From: the human T2T-CHM13v2.0 reference genome, Homo sapiens
Assembly (NCBI RefSeq): GCF_009914755.1
Contig: NC_060932.1
Reading direction: 5' to 3' (one strand)
DNA length: 64,000 nucleotides
Below are positions 1 through 12,965 of the stretch, piece after piece. The notes below the pieces were generated by a model. That model saw only the letters and a list, made by a program, of their open reading frames with translations, made no database searches and was not told where the DNA came from. Positions within the stretch are counted from its first letter, which is position 1, and each line of letters opens with the position of its first letter. Made by a program: the position numbers and the translations under genes.

Positions 1-348
1 TTTATGGCCTAAGGGAAACAATGTGAAGCCCTAGGCTAACAGGAAATAATTTATTTCTGTGATTTTATTAAAGGGCTCGAAAATAAGCATTCTGAGAACT
101 AGGGGAAAATAAAAAAAAAATTGAGCTATTTAGATTTGAGTGTAAAACAGCAGTTAGCTTATAATTACTTTAAAATACATAGTCTATTATGTAACATACA
201 CTTACCAATTGTTCACTGTCTCACAATGAACTGAAGGACAGAAAAGAAAAATGTGATTTAGGTTAAGTCTAGGAACAAACATCTTAAAGGGTTATTAAAA
301 ACAGAAAAAAATTTTCTCAAAGGAACACACAAATTACGTTTCAAGGAG

Positions 349-680
349 TATATTAGTCTGGTCTCACACTGCTATAAAGGAATACCCAAGACTGGGTAAT
401 TTACAAAGAAAAGAGGTTTAATCCGCTCACAGTTCTGCAGGTTGTACAGGAAGCACAGCTGGGGAGGCCTCAAGAAACAATCATGGCAGAAGGAGAAGCA
501 GGCACACTTTTAAACAACCAGATTTCCTTAGAGCTCTATCATGAGACCAACACTAGTCAGTGCTAAACCACTAGAAACTGACCCCAAGATCCAATCACCT
601 CTCACCAGGCCCCACCTCCTAACTTGGGGATTACCATTTAAAATGAGATTTGGTTGAGGACACAGATCCAAACCACACCA
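349..680 (-). mobile_element. MaLR solo LTR (MSTA/MSTB-like)
   Basis: Runs tatattagtc..ctataaaggaatacccaagactgggtaattt..gagatttgg..gacacagatccaaacca(c)a(c)ca, the reverse complement of the MST consensus; near 5-bp TSD aggag/aagag. Confidence 0.9.
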
Positions 681-1145
681 AAGAGTGTTGTACAATAGAA
701 TAGTGTTTCCCTTGTCTAATATTTCTACACATTTGTCAGTGTGTTACATGTGTGAACATGTAACATCCCACAGTTTATCTCACAATATCTGCCAAAAAGA
801 AGAAGTCAAAAGTTTGAAAATTTACGCTGAAACTATTTGCCGTTACTTGTCACAACAAAACAAACGCAGATGTGCTATTTCCCACAATCTCTGTGCAATC
901 TTAATTTCCTGAAATACAGTTTCTTCCCATTTGATTTTACAACCTGTGTTTACTATTTCTGACAAATACAAACATGTTTATGTTACATGTGTTTACATTT
1001 GGATACATACATTTAAATTATGACAGTTTAGCATTTTCTCTTGAATTATAAACAATTCTATGAATACACTACTCTTCTAAAATTAAACAAAGTAATCTTG
1101 GCCTGTTTTTTTAGTTTGCTTGTCAGCTAATAACAAGTAAATACA

Positions 1146-1290
1146 GGCTGGATGCAATGACTCATGCCTGTACTGGGGGGCGGAGGCAGGAGGATTGCTT
1201 GAGCCCAGGAGCTCCAGGCTGCAGTGAGCTGTAATCACACCACCGCACTCTATCCTGGGCAACAGGGTGACACCCTGCCTCAAAAAGAAA
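1146..1290 (+). mobile_element. Alu monomer (FRAM/AluJ-like)
   Basis: ggaggcaggaggattgcttgagcccaggag..gcagtgagct..ctgggcaacag, A-tail, TSD aagtaaatac. Confidence 0.9.
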
Positions 1291-3581
1291 AGTAAATACT
1301 TGTGGCACACACCTGTATAAAGTCACTGTACTTATTTTCTGTAGCTAGAAACAAGCAGAGAATTTATATCTGCTTTTCTGGCTTTAATAAACAAAAAAAC
1401 TCCAGGAGACAGATTATTCATTTCACTATTATTTTCTGCCTTTTTCTTAAAAGTCAGATCTCCTTTTACCTGAGTCAAGGTGAGTGAACACTTCCTGCCA
1501 AACTCAGATGGCAGTTACTACTAGTGAGGCTCCCTGAGCATCTTACAACCTGGGGCAGAAATTTGCTGGTCTCAGTTTATTCATTTATATTTAAATAATG
1601 AGTTAAGAGAAAATCAAATTTAACACGTTATGCAGCATATTGCATTATGTTTAATAATACAAACCTTACCAAATTATTACTAAGTAATTTCAGCTGTAAT
1701 CAAGCAAGATTCATGGGATGAAATCATCAAACTTGATCTTTGTCTCTTCTTACCTCCTTAAAATTGTTCTGGGAAAGCCTGTTCTGTAATGATTCTGATC
1801 ATTCCCAGGGCATAAATAAACCTCTTTAATATGTCCAGGGCACTGTCTAAATGAAGATATCAGATTATTAAACTTCCTTCATGATGGCCCCAATTCCTGA
1901 CTCTCACGAGTGCAGTTGGAGCGAGCCTTGGAGGGTGCAGGTTTTCCCTCATTTTGCCCACTTTCCCCATTTTTTGTGGCTTTGCTTTTCCTCCCTGTCT
2001 CACATCTGCAGGTTTTACCCCATCGTGGCCTCTGGAAGGAGAGCTCACATGGAGTCTAACCTGAGCAGCTGAATTCCTCAAAGACGGACCCTGTTCTTTC
2101 CTTCCCCTTACTTAGGCTCTTTCATATCCTGCTGACAGTGGCAGGTGCCCAATGTCTGTTGCTCACAACCTTCCCGTTACTGTCTTCTTGCTGCCCCGCA
2201 AACTCAGGAGAGTTCAGAGTGGGCTCCCATAATAATAATAGGATTATGGGAGCCCAAGCTGGACTTTAATCATAGTATAATTTTGACTCTAGCAGCAGTA
2301 TCTTTACCAAGCCATTAGACCTGGTGGCAGGAAAGCCAATCACTTGCCTGTGTTTCTCAGGTGTGACTCAGACTTCAGTAGATCCAGAAGTGGCATAATC
2401 TGTCTCTGAGACCTTCTTAAGTATCTCCTTCTTGAGGTGAATCTGCCATTTACATCGGTAATAGTCTCATGATTTCACTTTCGTGACTGTTTTGTACCTT
2501 AAATATGGAGGAGAGACCTAGGTTAGAAGCAATCTTAAATCTTTACAAATATCGCATGTCTGTATTTATCAGCTGAAATAGAAACCAAAATAGTTCAATT
2601 TTAACATCCTAGTATACATAGTAAAAGTTGGTGACTTCGGGGCACAAAAAGAGGAAATAAGTCATTTCTCTGAGTTATGATAAATATTTCTTAAATACAG
2701 TTTATTTGGGGAGAAGGAATCCAGGGAGAATGCTCCAATGAATTACTTCTGAAAGACCTTTAGTGAACAGAAGAATTAAATTTAGTATATGTTATCAATG
2801 CATTGTTTTTATTAAACATAATTTAAGATCGTTGGATATCTTTTCAAAAATACCGAAGTATTAGGCATTGTTTCTCCAAAAACAGAAGTTATGGTAACAG
2901 ATAAAGAGTTCCATGATTTAGAGAGTAAGGTATATGCAGAGAGCTACAAAGAAAAGAAAATTCAGTAAAGCGAGTAATCAGATATTTTATGGAGAGGAAG
3001 CAACACCATGATGACTATCTGGTGCAGAAATAGTGGAACAAGTTACGGGTAGAGGTTCTTGCTTTGCAGGATACACAGGCTGATGATGGCTGATACCTTC
3101 ACAGATGTTCTCAAAGCCCCCTCCCACTGCTGACCCCACATCAAGAAGCTCAGCCTCCACTTTTCTCAAACTCATCCTTCTCCTAACTCCTGCCAGCACA
3201 TCCCTGTTCAAGACCCCTGGCTTAGAAGAGCCCGGCTGACCCCTCACAGCTCTGTGCAGCTCTGAGGATGCAGCCATGTTGCAGCCACTACTTTCAAATC
3301 AGTATTCATAAAACACATTTATTACAACGTGTCGTCTTGAAAATTCATCAGTGATTCTCACCAAAACATTTCCGTAAAAATGCTCTCCATGATCTTCCTC
3401 CACCCCTTATTTTACACAATTATCTTCTCCTCCCCCATAGGCAGAGGCCACCAAAGATCAGCCCTGCATTTTACTAAACACAATTTTTATTTATCCAGTC
3501 ACTGCAAAACAGTAACAACGATATTGACCCACGCATTCAGCATAACAAAGCCCAGTGTGAGAACTATCTGAGCGCTACTTT

Positions 3582-4037
3582 GCCTGGGCTCAGAATGTGG
3601 TACCCAAATATACGGCATGTTGGAGATTAAGAAAATGCAGGAGCAAGGTCACTCTGACCTTCCTTTGCCTTTCTCCCCAAAAGCAGGCCATAAAGGAATT
3701 TTCTGACCAACCTTGCCTGAAATACCCTCATTCTAGATGGGTCCTGCCGTATACCCAGAAGCCAGGGGCACTCTGAACACACATGCCCTGCTAAAGTCAC
3801 CCCAGTTGGTCCAAACCTGCTCCCGCACGGTTGTCCATTCTTCATTGAACCAAAGCATAAACATGGACAATTTTCCCTGGGTCTTTGGGGTTTCATTTCT
3901 AAAGGCTCCCATGTCATATAAAATTTTGATTAAATAAATGTGTTGGGCTTTTCTCCCATTGATCTGTCTTTTGGTGTGGGATGTCAGTATGAACCTTGCG
4001 GTGGGAAAGGGAAAGATAAGATTTTTTCTCCCTCACA
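3582..4037 (+). mobile_element. ERV1 solo LTR (MER34/MER39-like, MER4 group)
   Basis: TG...CA ends; motifs aaggtcactctgaccttc, ctgggtctttgggg..catttctaaaggctcccatgtca, taaataaa; family from recalled consensus. Confidence 0.7.
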
Positions 4038-4331
4038 CATATTAGCATCCAAATCTACTGCATTACAGGGTTTGCTTTTGAGGTCAAATTCAAACATTAC
4101 CTCCTTCTTGAAACTGTCATTGATTCACATAGTTCCCTGGTCAGAAGAAATTCCTCACTCCTCTATCCTCTAAACGCCTGTAAGGATATCTTTCCTGTCT
4201 TCTTCAAACTCAGTAGCACACAATTTGTGCATCTGGTTTCTTATTTACCAGATTTAAAAAATGGAACAGTAGTACCTAAATAAATATTACTGGATTAAAT
4301 GTGCTATTTGTACTGGTACCATGCACTAATG

Positions 4332-4411
4332 TATTAGATTGACGTATATGTAATTGTGTATTTTGCCATTGTAATTGCAAAAACCGTAATAATTTTTGCA
4401 CCAATCTACTA
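4332..4411. mobile_element. MADE1 mariner-derived MITE (~80-bp palindrome)
   Basis: ttagattg..taattg..ttttgccatt..aattgcaaaaaccgtaat..ttttgcaccaatcta matches MADE1 inverted terminal repeats. Confidence 0.85.
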
Positions 4412-4430
4412 CTAAAGCATATGTTGTGAA

Positions 4431-4465
4431 GTGTGTGTGTGTGTGTGTGTGTGTGTGTAGTGTGT
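4431..4465. repeat. (GT)n microsatellite
   Basis: About 14 consecutive GT units plus a degenerate tail. Confidence 0.95.
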
Positions 4466-5869
4466 TGAGAAAAATCTAGCAAATTCCTTTAATGATCTGC
4501 TTTTATAGAAATTGGTTTTACACTCCTGTTCCTACTGACTCCTGCTTCTAATTAAATCATAAAATAGCAACAGATTTAGTTTTTGGAAATTTTTCTTTCA
4601 AATATGTAATACTTCAAAATGAGAAGAAAAGATAACTCACAGTCATGTAGGAATTGCAGAACCTCTCTGCTGCTTCCCGCGCACCTTGGGCTTTGCCTAA
4701 TTCATCTTGTATATGCGTGCAGTGATGAATATGCATTGTTTCTTGGTGAGCACAGGAGGGTCCCAGAGAGGAACACTAATTCTTGTTCTCTAATTTGTGG
4801 TGCGCTCTTAACAGAGCGCATTTAACACATTCCACACCTTGGATTATATCCTTTTCCAAAAATAGCTTTAAAAAATACCTTTTGCTGAAAGCATCCTACA
4901 TTCTCTTTTTATATATAAAAAAAGTAAAAATCTGAGCCTTTATGGTATTCTACAATATTTTATGTAGAACTTTGTACTGTTATTTTCAACGTTCAAATAA
5001 CGGGAGGAAATTTACACCTGGACTCCACAGTCTCCCATGACTTGTGGAGAAAGGATTTGTAGCAAATCAATCTACGACCAGAAGATAGATATGTGTACTT
5101 TTTCCTCAATTCGAGAAGCAACATCAATCTTTACTGTGAGCAGCAATGGAAAAACAATGCAGAGAAAGATTACGGAAGACAAAGCCAGAGGAGAACAGGG
5201 GCTGGAATATTCTGCCAGGGGTGGCAACTCCGACGTGGGATTCATTAATGCAGTGAGAGAAAGACGGTGTTTGGTTTTTAGGCTGGCATCCCCCGGTGAA
5301 GACAATTTTTTAAGGGATTTAGCATTGTCATCAGACTTCTTAAGCCCTGCAGCGGAATTAATAACATATTAGGGGATTCTTCTGCAGTTTTTGCCTGAAG
5401 TGTTTTTTTTTTTTTCAGGTGAGTTTCAGGTTCCTTCCATTCTAATGAAGGCATTAAGAATTCTCTTGGGAGCATTATAAGTTAGAACTGAAACTTATGC
5501 AAATATTTTTCCCCGTAGCAGTTTGGGCGTACTACAGTCTCTAGCTTCCAGTCTTTGCTCGCTGAAATGAATGTTTCAACAGCTTCATGCCAGTCTGGTC
5601 GCCACAAAACCCTAAATTGTGTGTAATATTTTATGCTAGTGATCAGTTGCATACAACACAAATAAGACTGTTAGGCTCATAAAGTTGTTAAGCTGACATA
5701 TTTCAAAGGAAACTCTTCTAAAATAAAACCTTTCTTAAGGTTAAAAATGCATTTTTCATAGTACAGAAAAATAAACAATAACTCTGAATGTTATTACTGT
5801 TGACTTTAAAAAATCATACATTTTTGTCTTTGATTTTTATCATGCTCTTATTTGAATATGACAATATTC

Positions 5870-6416
5870 TCTCGATTAGTCTTGGCACCCTTATCAAGCA
5901 TCATTTGACCATATACGTAAGGGTCTATTTCTGAGCTCTTTCTTCTCTTCCTTTGGCCTATATGTCTATCTTTTTGTCAGTAACCACAGTGTTTGATTAG
6001 TATAGCTCTGTAGTAAATTTTGAAAGAAGGAAGTGAGTCCTTCAACTATGTCCTTCTTTTTCAAAATTATTTTGAGCTGAGCACAGTGGCTCACTCTGTG
6101 GGAGGCCAAGGTGGGGAGATCACTTGAGCCCAGGAGTTCTAGACCAGCCAGGGGAATAAAGGAAGACCCCGTCTTTACAAAAAAAAAAAAAAATGTTGGG
6201 TATTCAGGATCCTTTAAGACTTCACACAAATTTTAGGATAATTCATTTCTATTTCTGCAAAAAAATGCTGTTGGGATTTGTACAGAGATTGCACTAAATT
6301 TGATCTTTCTTGGTAGTATTGGCAACTTAACAATAGTCTTTAAATTCATGAAAATGAGATTTTTTTTCCATTAATTGTGTGTCTTCTTTAATTTCTTTCA
6401 GCAATATTTTATAGTT
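5870..6416 (-). mobile_element. L1M ORF2 fragment, split by an Alu monomer
   Basis: Antisense L1 ORF2 phrases (tctatttctg..ctct, tatagctctgtagtaaattttgaa, gctgttgggatttg..agagattgca) on both sides of 6074-6193. Confidence 0.8.
6074..6193 (+). mobile_element. Alu left monomer (FLAM-like)
   Basis: gcacagtggctcac..ggaggccaagg..gatcacttgagcccaggagtt..gaccagcc followed by poly-A. Confidence 0.9.
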
Positions 6417-6499
6417 GTGGCTGTGATATTTTTAGAAGTTGATTGACAATGATGAGATGCACGTGTTTTAAACTAAGAAGAAACCAGCTCAGTTGTGCT

Positions 6500-6650
6500 G
6501 TCACTAACATTTTAAGCTTTGGCTTTTTTTATTTGCGGAATTGATAATGTGTTTTTCAAAGGATTATAAAAAAGATAAAATGAGATAGTTTCGACTAAGC
6601 ACTTATCACACACAACTTGACACACAAATAAGTAAACTGTTGTTGTATAA
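6500..6650 (+). mobile_element. MIR fragment
   Basis: Diverged MIR 3' core (ggatt..aaatgagata..aagcactta..caca..aaataagtaa). Confidence 0.5.
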
Positions 6651-7781
6651 TAATTGTTGATATATTTGTTGTTGCCACCAGTAATTAGAATTTTAGTTAT
6701 TTTGGTTACTAGAGCAAGATTGAGCAAGATTAAGGGCAACTTTTTGTTTATTATTTACGTAGAGGAGACAGTAGCATAAATGTATCAAACAATTTGAAAT
6801 ACAGTTTTATAAAAACAATCAAAATATCAGTTTTTTAAAATTCTGACTGAAAGTAAAGAGATTAAGACACCAACATATATCACTGTGAATTCAAACAAGA
6901 ACACGCACTTTCTTTAGGCCTATTTATCATAATTACTCAGGAAAGTTCAAGAGAATAAACAGTGAATATAGCACTAAAGCAGAAGTTTCATTTAAACATA
7001 ATATTTTAGACAAAGTCCAAATGAGAAATAACACGTTTCCTTTTTACTTCCAGCAACTCACGTAACCTCTTAGAGATCTATAATCTCCTTGATAATATTT
7101 TATAGATCACAGATTCAAATTTTTGTCATTTATTTACAGTCTTCTACCATTCCATTATGTTTCCGTCTTGGAATTCTTAGAACCAACCTTTTAAGAGAAC
7201 ATGATTTCCTTAAGAAATGGTGAAAAGCAGTATGTAATATACTGTATGTCTTTGCTGACTGCATTGCAAATGAGTAACATAGAGTTACACTGAAGAGGTT
7301 TTTGAAGAGACAATCCATGCAATTTTAACTGAAATAAATATCTCAGTGTTAAAAAAAAATATGCAGTTTGTTTCCTACATATTTTTAATAATACGCACTT
7401 CAGTAGTCTTGGCCAGATTGCAGATATATACATACATATCATGTGTGTATTTTTAACATTGGTAAACTACTAAATTTATAAAGAAATGCCAGTCTGATTT
7501 CCTATTATCAATATAAAAATGTAAAGTTTATATATAATGGTCAAAATAGCCATTTGTTTCTTCTAAGGGAAAATGTGAAAATTAATTCTTAATATAAATT
7601 TTCCCAGTGACTTATATACAGATAAATAAAATTTATTTAAGATTTAAAATTAGTACTGCCCTCCTTGCCCCAGGATTTCCATGCACCTGTTATAAAAGAG
7701 TTCGGAAAGGGAAAATTGGATAAGTGTTTTACCCTTGAAAATTGACAGAATTAATTAAGGGAAAAGGAAAATCAGACATCC

Positions 7782-8618
7782 TGTTTTGGATTGAACTGTG
7801 TCCCTCAAAAAGATATGCTGAAGTCCTAATTTCTGGTACCTGTGTATGTGACTTTATTTAGAAATTGGGTTTTTGCAGATGTAATCAAGTTAAGATGAGG
7901 TCATTCTGGAGCAGGCTGGGCCTTAACTCCAATCACTGGTATCCTTATGAGAAGAGATACAGAGACAGCCGGAGAGTGCACCTGGTGATGATGGCAGAGC
8001 CTGGAGTGATGCATCTACAAACAAATGAATGCCAGGAAATGCAGGCAAGAACCAGACAATTGGAGAGAGGCTGGGGCAGCTTCTCTCCCAAAGCCCTCAC
8101 ACAGGAACCACACCTGTTGACATGGTTTGGATCTGTGTCCCCACCCAAATCTCATGTCAAATTGTAATCCCCAGTGTTGGAGGAGGGGCCTGGCGGGAGG
8201 TATCTGGATCGTGGGGGTGGATTTCCCCCTTGCTGTTCTCATGATAGTGAGTTATCATGAGATCTGGTTGTTTAAAAGTGTGTGGCACCTCCCCACTTGC
8301 TCTCTACCTCCTGGTCCAGCCCTGGAAGATGTGCCTGCTCCCTCTTCACCTTCTACCATGATTGTAAGTTTCCTGAGGCCTCCCCAGCCATGCCTCCTAT
8401 ACGGCCTGTGAAACCATGAGCCAATTTAAACCTCTTTTCTATATAAGTTACTCAGTCTCATGTAGTTCTTTACAGCAATGTGAGAGCAGGCTGATGCACC
8501 TGCCCACACTTTGAATAGGGGCTTCTAGCCTCCAGGACTGTGAGAGAATAAACATTTGTTGTTTTCAACTCACCTAGTTTTTGTTATTTTATTATAGCAG
8601 CTCTGGGAAAGCAATACA
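7782..8618 (+). mobile_element. MLT1 (C/D-like) MaLR LTR, interrupted by an MST LTR
   Basis: tg..ggattgaactgtgtccc..gcagatgtaatcaagttaagatgaggtcat..cttctagcctccaggactgtgagagaataaa..aataca. Confidence 0.9.
8118..8498 (+). mobile_element. MSTA-like MaLR LTR nested in MLT1
   Basis: tgacatggtttggatctgtgtccccacccaaatctc..ttcctgaggcctccccagccatg..; TSD cctgt/cctgc. Confidence 0.9.
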
Positions 8619-9099
8619 CATAGAATCAGAGTGGAGGAAATCTTAGATTTACTAACCAAAGAGAAAAAGAGCAGGTTAGGCTCCAGAGACCCCAGACTCA
8701 GAGGCCCCTGTGGATCTACCAGACTTGCTGGCACCTGATAAGCGAAAATTTATCATGGTTTTCTTAACACAGTGGGAAAAAAGGCCAATGGCGTCATCAA
8801 ATCCTGCTTCCTAGCTTAGCAACATCAGTGAAATCGCATCACCTTTGACAACTCCAGGGAAACACATTATTTTATTACACGGATTGAGGAATGGTGAGAC
8901 AATCATTGAAACAGGCCTTGCATCAAGTCACATAATTCATCACTGCAGACTGTGGGAGGAGCAGGGATCTTCCTTGCAAAATCGTATGGTACTGATAGTG
9001 TCAAGTACTGTCATTAAAAATAATGGTGGCAAAAAATGGGTCAATTTCAGAACAGTAACTTAACATAAGGTCATGGATGATTTCAGCGATCATCTATAA

Positions 9100-9290
9100 T
9101 TGCACACAACTTTTCTAATCCCTTGAATATATATTATCATCTTTGATTCTCACGGTGGACCTGCAGAAGAGAAAAACTATACTAATCCCTGTTTCACAAT
9201 GAATTTGAATCACAGGTTAGGAGGCTAATACAGGTATATGAAGTTATTGTAATGGCAATTAAAACTACTAACATCTATTTCTGATTCAGT
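9100..9290 (-). mobile_element. MIR fragment
   Basis: Diverged antisense MIR core (tcatctttgattctcac..atccctgtttcacaatga..). Confidence 0.5.
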
Positions 9291-10389
9291 TATGCAGGAA
9301 CATGATGAATTATCAAAATGTAGCATTTTCCCCAAATCTGCTCCTTTAAAAATTTACCAACTAAGCTTAATTATTCTTTTCACATTAAATTCACATATAC
9401 ATATAAAAATATTTGTGTGTATATATGAACATAATTATGTATATATGCATGTATATACAAGTACATACACATGTATATGTACTTTTGAAGGTACCATGTA
9501 AAGTGTGTTCAATTTGATTATCTCATATGTTTATCTTGGTTCTTTGCATCAAAATAAAATCTAATTGCTTTTGCCATTATATTGTTCTCTATTCCTCTGG
9601 GGACTACACAACTTTTTCATAAAGATTCTATTTCCGTTCCTGAGATGTAGTAATGTGTTCATGTACTCAGCATTCTATTTGATGGTTTCATTTGTATTTC
9701 TACTTTACTGGCATTGGAGGTTAGCCCTGTCCCTTTACACTTGGGTTGGGAAGGAGCTCACAGAAAAAGACTCTCCCAGCACAGAGGGACCTCTGGTGGC
9801 CCCACAGCCCCTCATCTGTGTCCCTGTGGCCGGCAGGCAGCCCTTATCCATTCCAGCTGCCTCCATGGTGTTTACTCTGAAGGAGTCAGAGTAAGTTGTG
9901 TTTCTGTTAATCATGTGGAATGCTAATGTCTTTAATGCCAATGAGTGTCGCCATGTAAGGTCCTTCTGTCATCACCACATATTAATGCAAACATGGCGCC
10001 CATGGAAGTGAGGGCGAGAGACTGTGCAGGGCAGATCTCATTCACAAAGGGTGATGCTCAGCATCTGAGTACAAGCCAAGATCCATCCATGAGAGAAGAC
10101 AGAGGTGAGATTAGAAGGAAGGAAATAACCAAGCCCATCAGAGACATTTTGAAAATTGTCCCATAACTGCCTTGAATAGAAATAAAAGATACAAGAATTT
10201 ACTTTTCTACTAATGTCTGTTGTTTTATAATATTCTACTTTTCCTGATTGGAGCATATGAAACTATCCAAATTCAAGCATTATCAAATTTAAAGATGGGT
10301 TATGTAAAAGTCAAAATCTTCCAGATTGCTGTAGCACCCTAGAAAGAATTATTATCTAACATTTTAAATATATATTTAATTTTTTTCTT

Positions 10390-11030
10390 GTATACTTACA
10401 GGTATATACTATATTTTTTGATAAAAAGTGGATCATATCTCATACACTGTGGGGCAAAATGTTATTTTCTTTTAGCTATTTTACTTGCACATGATTTCAT
10501 GTTAGGAAATATAGCTGTCCATAATTCTTTTTAAGCAGAATATGGTAGTTTTTTAGTAAGAATATGCTTATAATTTATTACATTTTATTAAAATTTTCCT
10601 GATGAATATTTGAATTATTTCTAACATGTCACTAATTTAAACAGTGCTGCATTTTGATATATATTATTTAGACACTTAAGAAAATATTTCTAGAGGATAA
10701 ATTCCTGGAAATAGAAATGTCAGGTTACACAGCAGATACTTTTAAGGTTTTATGAGACATTACCAAAATGCTTTCTAAAATGTATCAATTCATTCTTCCA
10801 TTAAGATTGTAGAAGAGTGCCTGTTTCTCAACAGCTTTCCAGCAAGGATACCACCATTTCTATAGTTAAAAAATATTAATAGTCCAGAAGCGATACATTT
10901 ATTATTAAGTTATCAATTCTGTAAATTTTAGTAAGCTTGGGCATGCATTAATAAGTTAATTAGGCTCCATTCTTTTGCAGTGAATTGCCTATTCATATCA
11001 TTGCCAATATATTATAATACTGTACTCTTG
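10390..11030 (-). mobile_element. Old L1M (ME-like) fragment
   Basis: ggataaattcctggaaatagaaat..ccaaaatgctttctaaaa..agagtgcctgtttctc..gtgaattgcctattcatatc. Confidence 0.65.
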
Positions 11031-11425
11031 CCAGAGATCCACATGTGATTTTGTTAACAAGATTTCATAGGCAGTAGAATGAACCTTCTATGTGTTCACA
11101 AAGTATATAACACAGAACTGGCCAATACGAGATCTGCAATCATTATACTCAATAATTGTTGCAGGTTTAATAATAATTAAGTATAAACATTTTTCTAATG
11201 GCCCTCTAACTTTCCTTATAGTTGCTATATTGTTTTGTAAAAGTACTAACTATAGAATTTTACCACTGTTTATTTCCAGAAGAACTTTATTTCCTTTATA
11301 AAAACTATTCTATATTCTAGTCTTTGCTTTAACCAACACAATTGTCTGAAGTTTGCAGAGTGCTATACAGATATATACTTAGTAATATGAAAATTATCCC
11401 TAAAAGGGTCAAAGTTAAGTATTAT

Positions 11426-11847
11426 TGACGTAGTTTGCATATTTGTGCCCCAAAATCTCATGTTGAATTGTAGTCCTCAGTGTTGGAGTTGGGGCCTGGT
11501 GGGAGGTAACCAGATCATGGAGGTGGATTTCTCATGAATGGTTTAGTGCCATTTCCTTGGTGCTGTCCTCGGGAGAGTGAGTGAGTGCTCTTGAGATCTG
11601 GCCATTTAAAAGAGTGTGGCACCTCCCTCTCTCTCACTTGTTCCTGCTCTGGCCATATGACTGTCTGTTCCCCATTCGCCTTCTGCCATGACTGGAAGCT
11701 TCCTGAGGCCTCCCCAGAAGCCTACCAGATGCTTATACCATGCTTCCCACACAGCCTGCGGAACCGTGAACCAATTAAACTTTGTTTCTTTATAAATTAC
11801 CCAGTCTCGGGTATTTCTTTATAGCAATGCAAGCACAGCCTAATACA
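11426..11847 (+). mobile_element. MSTB-like MaLR solo LTR
   Basis: tga..tagtttg..aaatctcatgttgaattg..gatttctcatgaatggtttag..aaattacccagtctcgggtatttctttatagcaatgc..ctaataca. Confidence 0.9.
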
Positions 11848-12789
11848 ATTTCCTAGCAAAATTCTCCCTCCTGTGACAAGATAATTATGTTCTAAAGGAT
11901 AAAGTCTAGGTTTGTTCCAGGCCCTGGTCATCCATCTGGGTCATCCCTATGTTATAGGACAAATCTGCTCTTTATGTCTTTAAATGTCTTTCTAATATGT
12001 TTTTTATTATTCTCACAATGTGTGTCTGACACACACAGATCTTTAATGAATTGATCATCTTGCATTATGTACAAAAGTGTAATCACTGAAGTGAACAGCT
12101 GTCATCAAAGAGTTTCCATGTTCCACCACACGTGTTGTCCATTTAAAGACCCCTCTGTCCCAAGGGCTATGCCTAGAAACACATTTAAGGATTGGCTATT
12201 CCCTAGAGTCACTGCAGAACAAAAACCCTGTCAGCACTGGAGCCCAGCCTGGTTGGGAAATGATTTCAGTTATATCAGAACTAGATTCCTCAAAGCACAA
12301 AAATGTTCAGAAGCTTAAAAATTTTCTCAATATGTTAGTTATAATTTTTTTTTAATTTTATATTTGCTTTCTAGAGTCTGAAAGGAATGTTAAATTTTTC
12401 TGGGAATTAGTACAACTATTGCTTACAAACTATTTTAAATAGCTGTATTTCCTCAATTTCTTGGGCTTGAGTTTTGTCTAGAAATTACAGTGAGAAAACT
12501 GCAAGTCCTCGTGTGCAGCGGTTGGCCCTTTCAAGGAGTCTGCAGTTTGCAATGACGACCATCCTGCTGCGGAGACCAACAACAGCAAAATTAACACACA
12601 GAGAGAAGAGCAAAGTGGAGTCTTCAAAGCATTTGTATTTGTAGGATGTAACTGAGGAAGAGTTAACTCCATAAGATAAGATAGCAGTTATCAAATCCTC
12701 GAAGGACTGGTCTGTTAGATAGGCATTCTATTCACTCTGAACCACTCAATCAGCTGGAACCAGAACAACAGAGTGAGAGCAACTGAGAG

Positions 12790-12965
12790 ATGATTTCAGT
12801 TTCATATTAGGAAGAATTGGACAGCAGTGATCTCGCAGATGGTATCATTGGCTTCAAAAGGTTCTCAGTCCTGTGTCTCTGCAGGTATTCAAGCTGAATG
12901 GCCTTTGGGAAGAGATACTATTGGGAAGGATTGAGTGTCAGATAAGATGGACTCACTGAATGCCT
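12790..12965 (+). mobile_element. CR1/L3 3' fragment
   Basis: gatttcagttt..aggaagaa..ctgcaggtattcaagc..gatggact resembles the L3 3' end; highly diverged. Confidence 0.45.

Noticed and set aside
5037-5372. 111-aa ORF in unique sequence
   Set aside because: No recognisable domain or gene context; length is within chance expectation.
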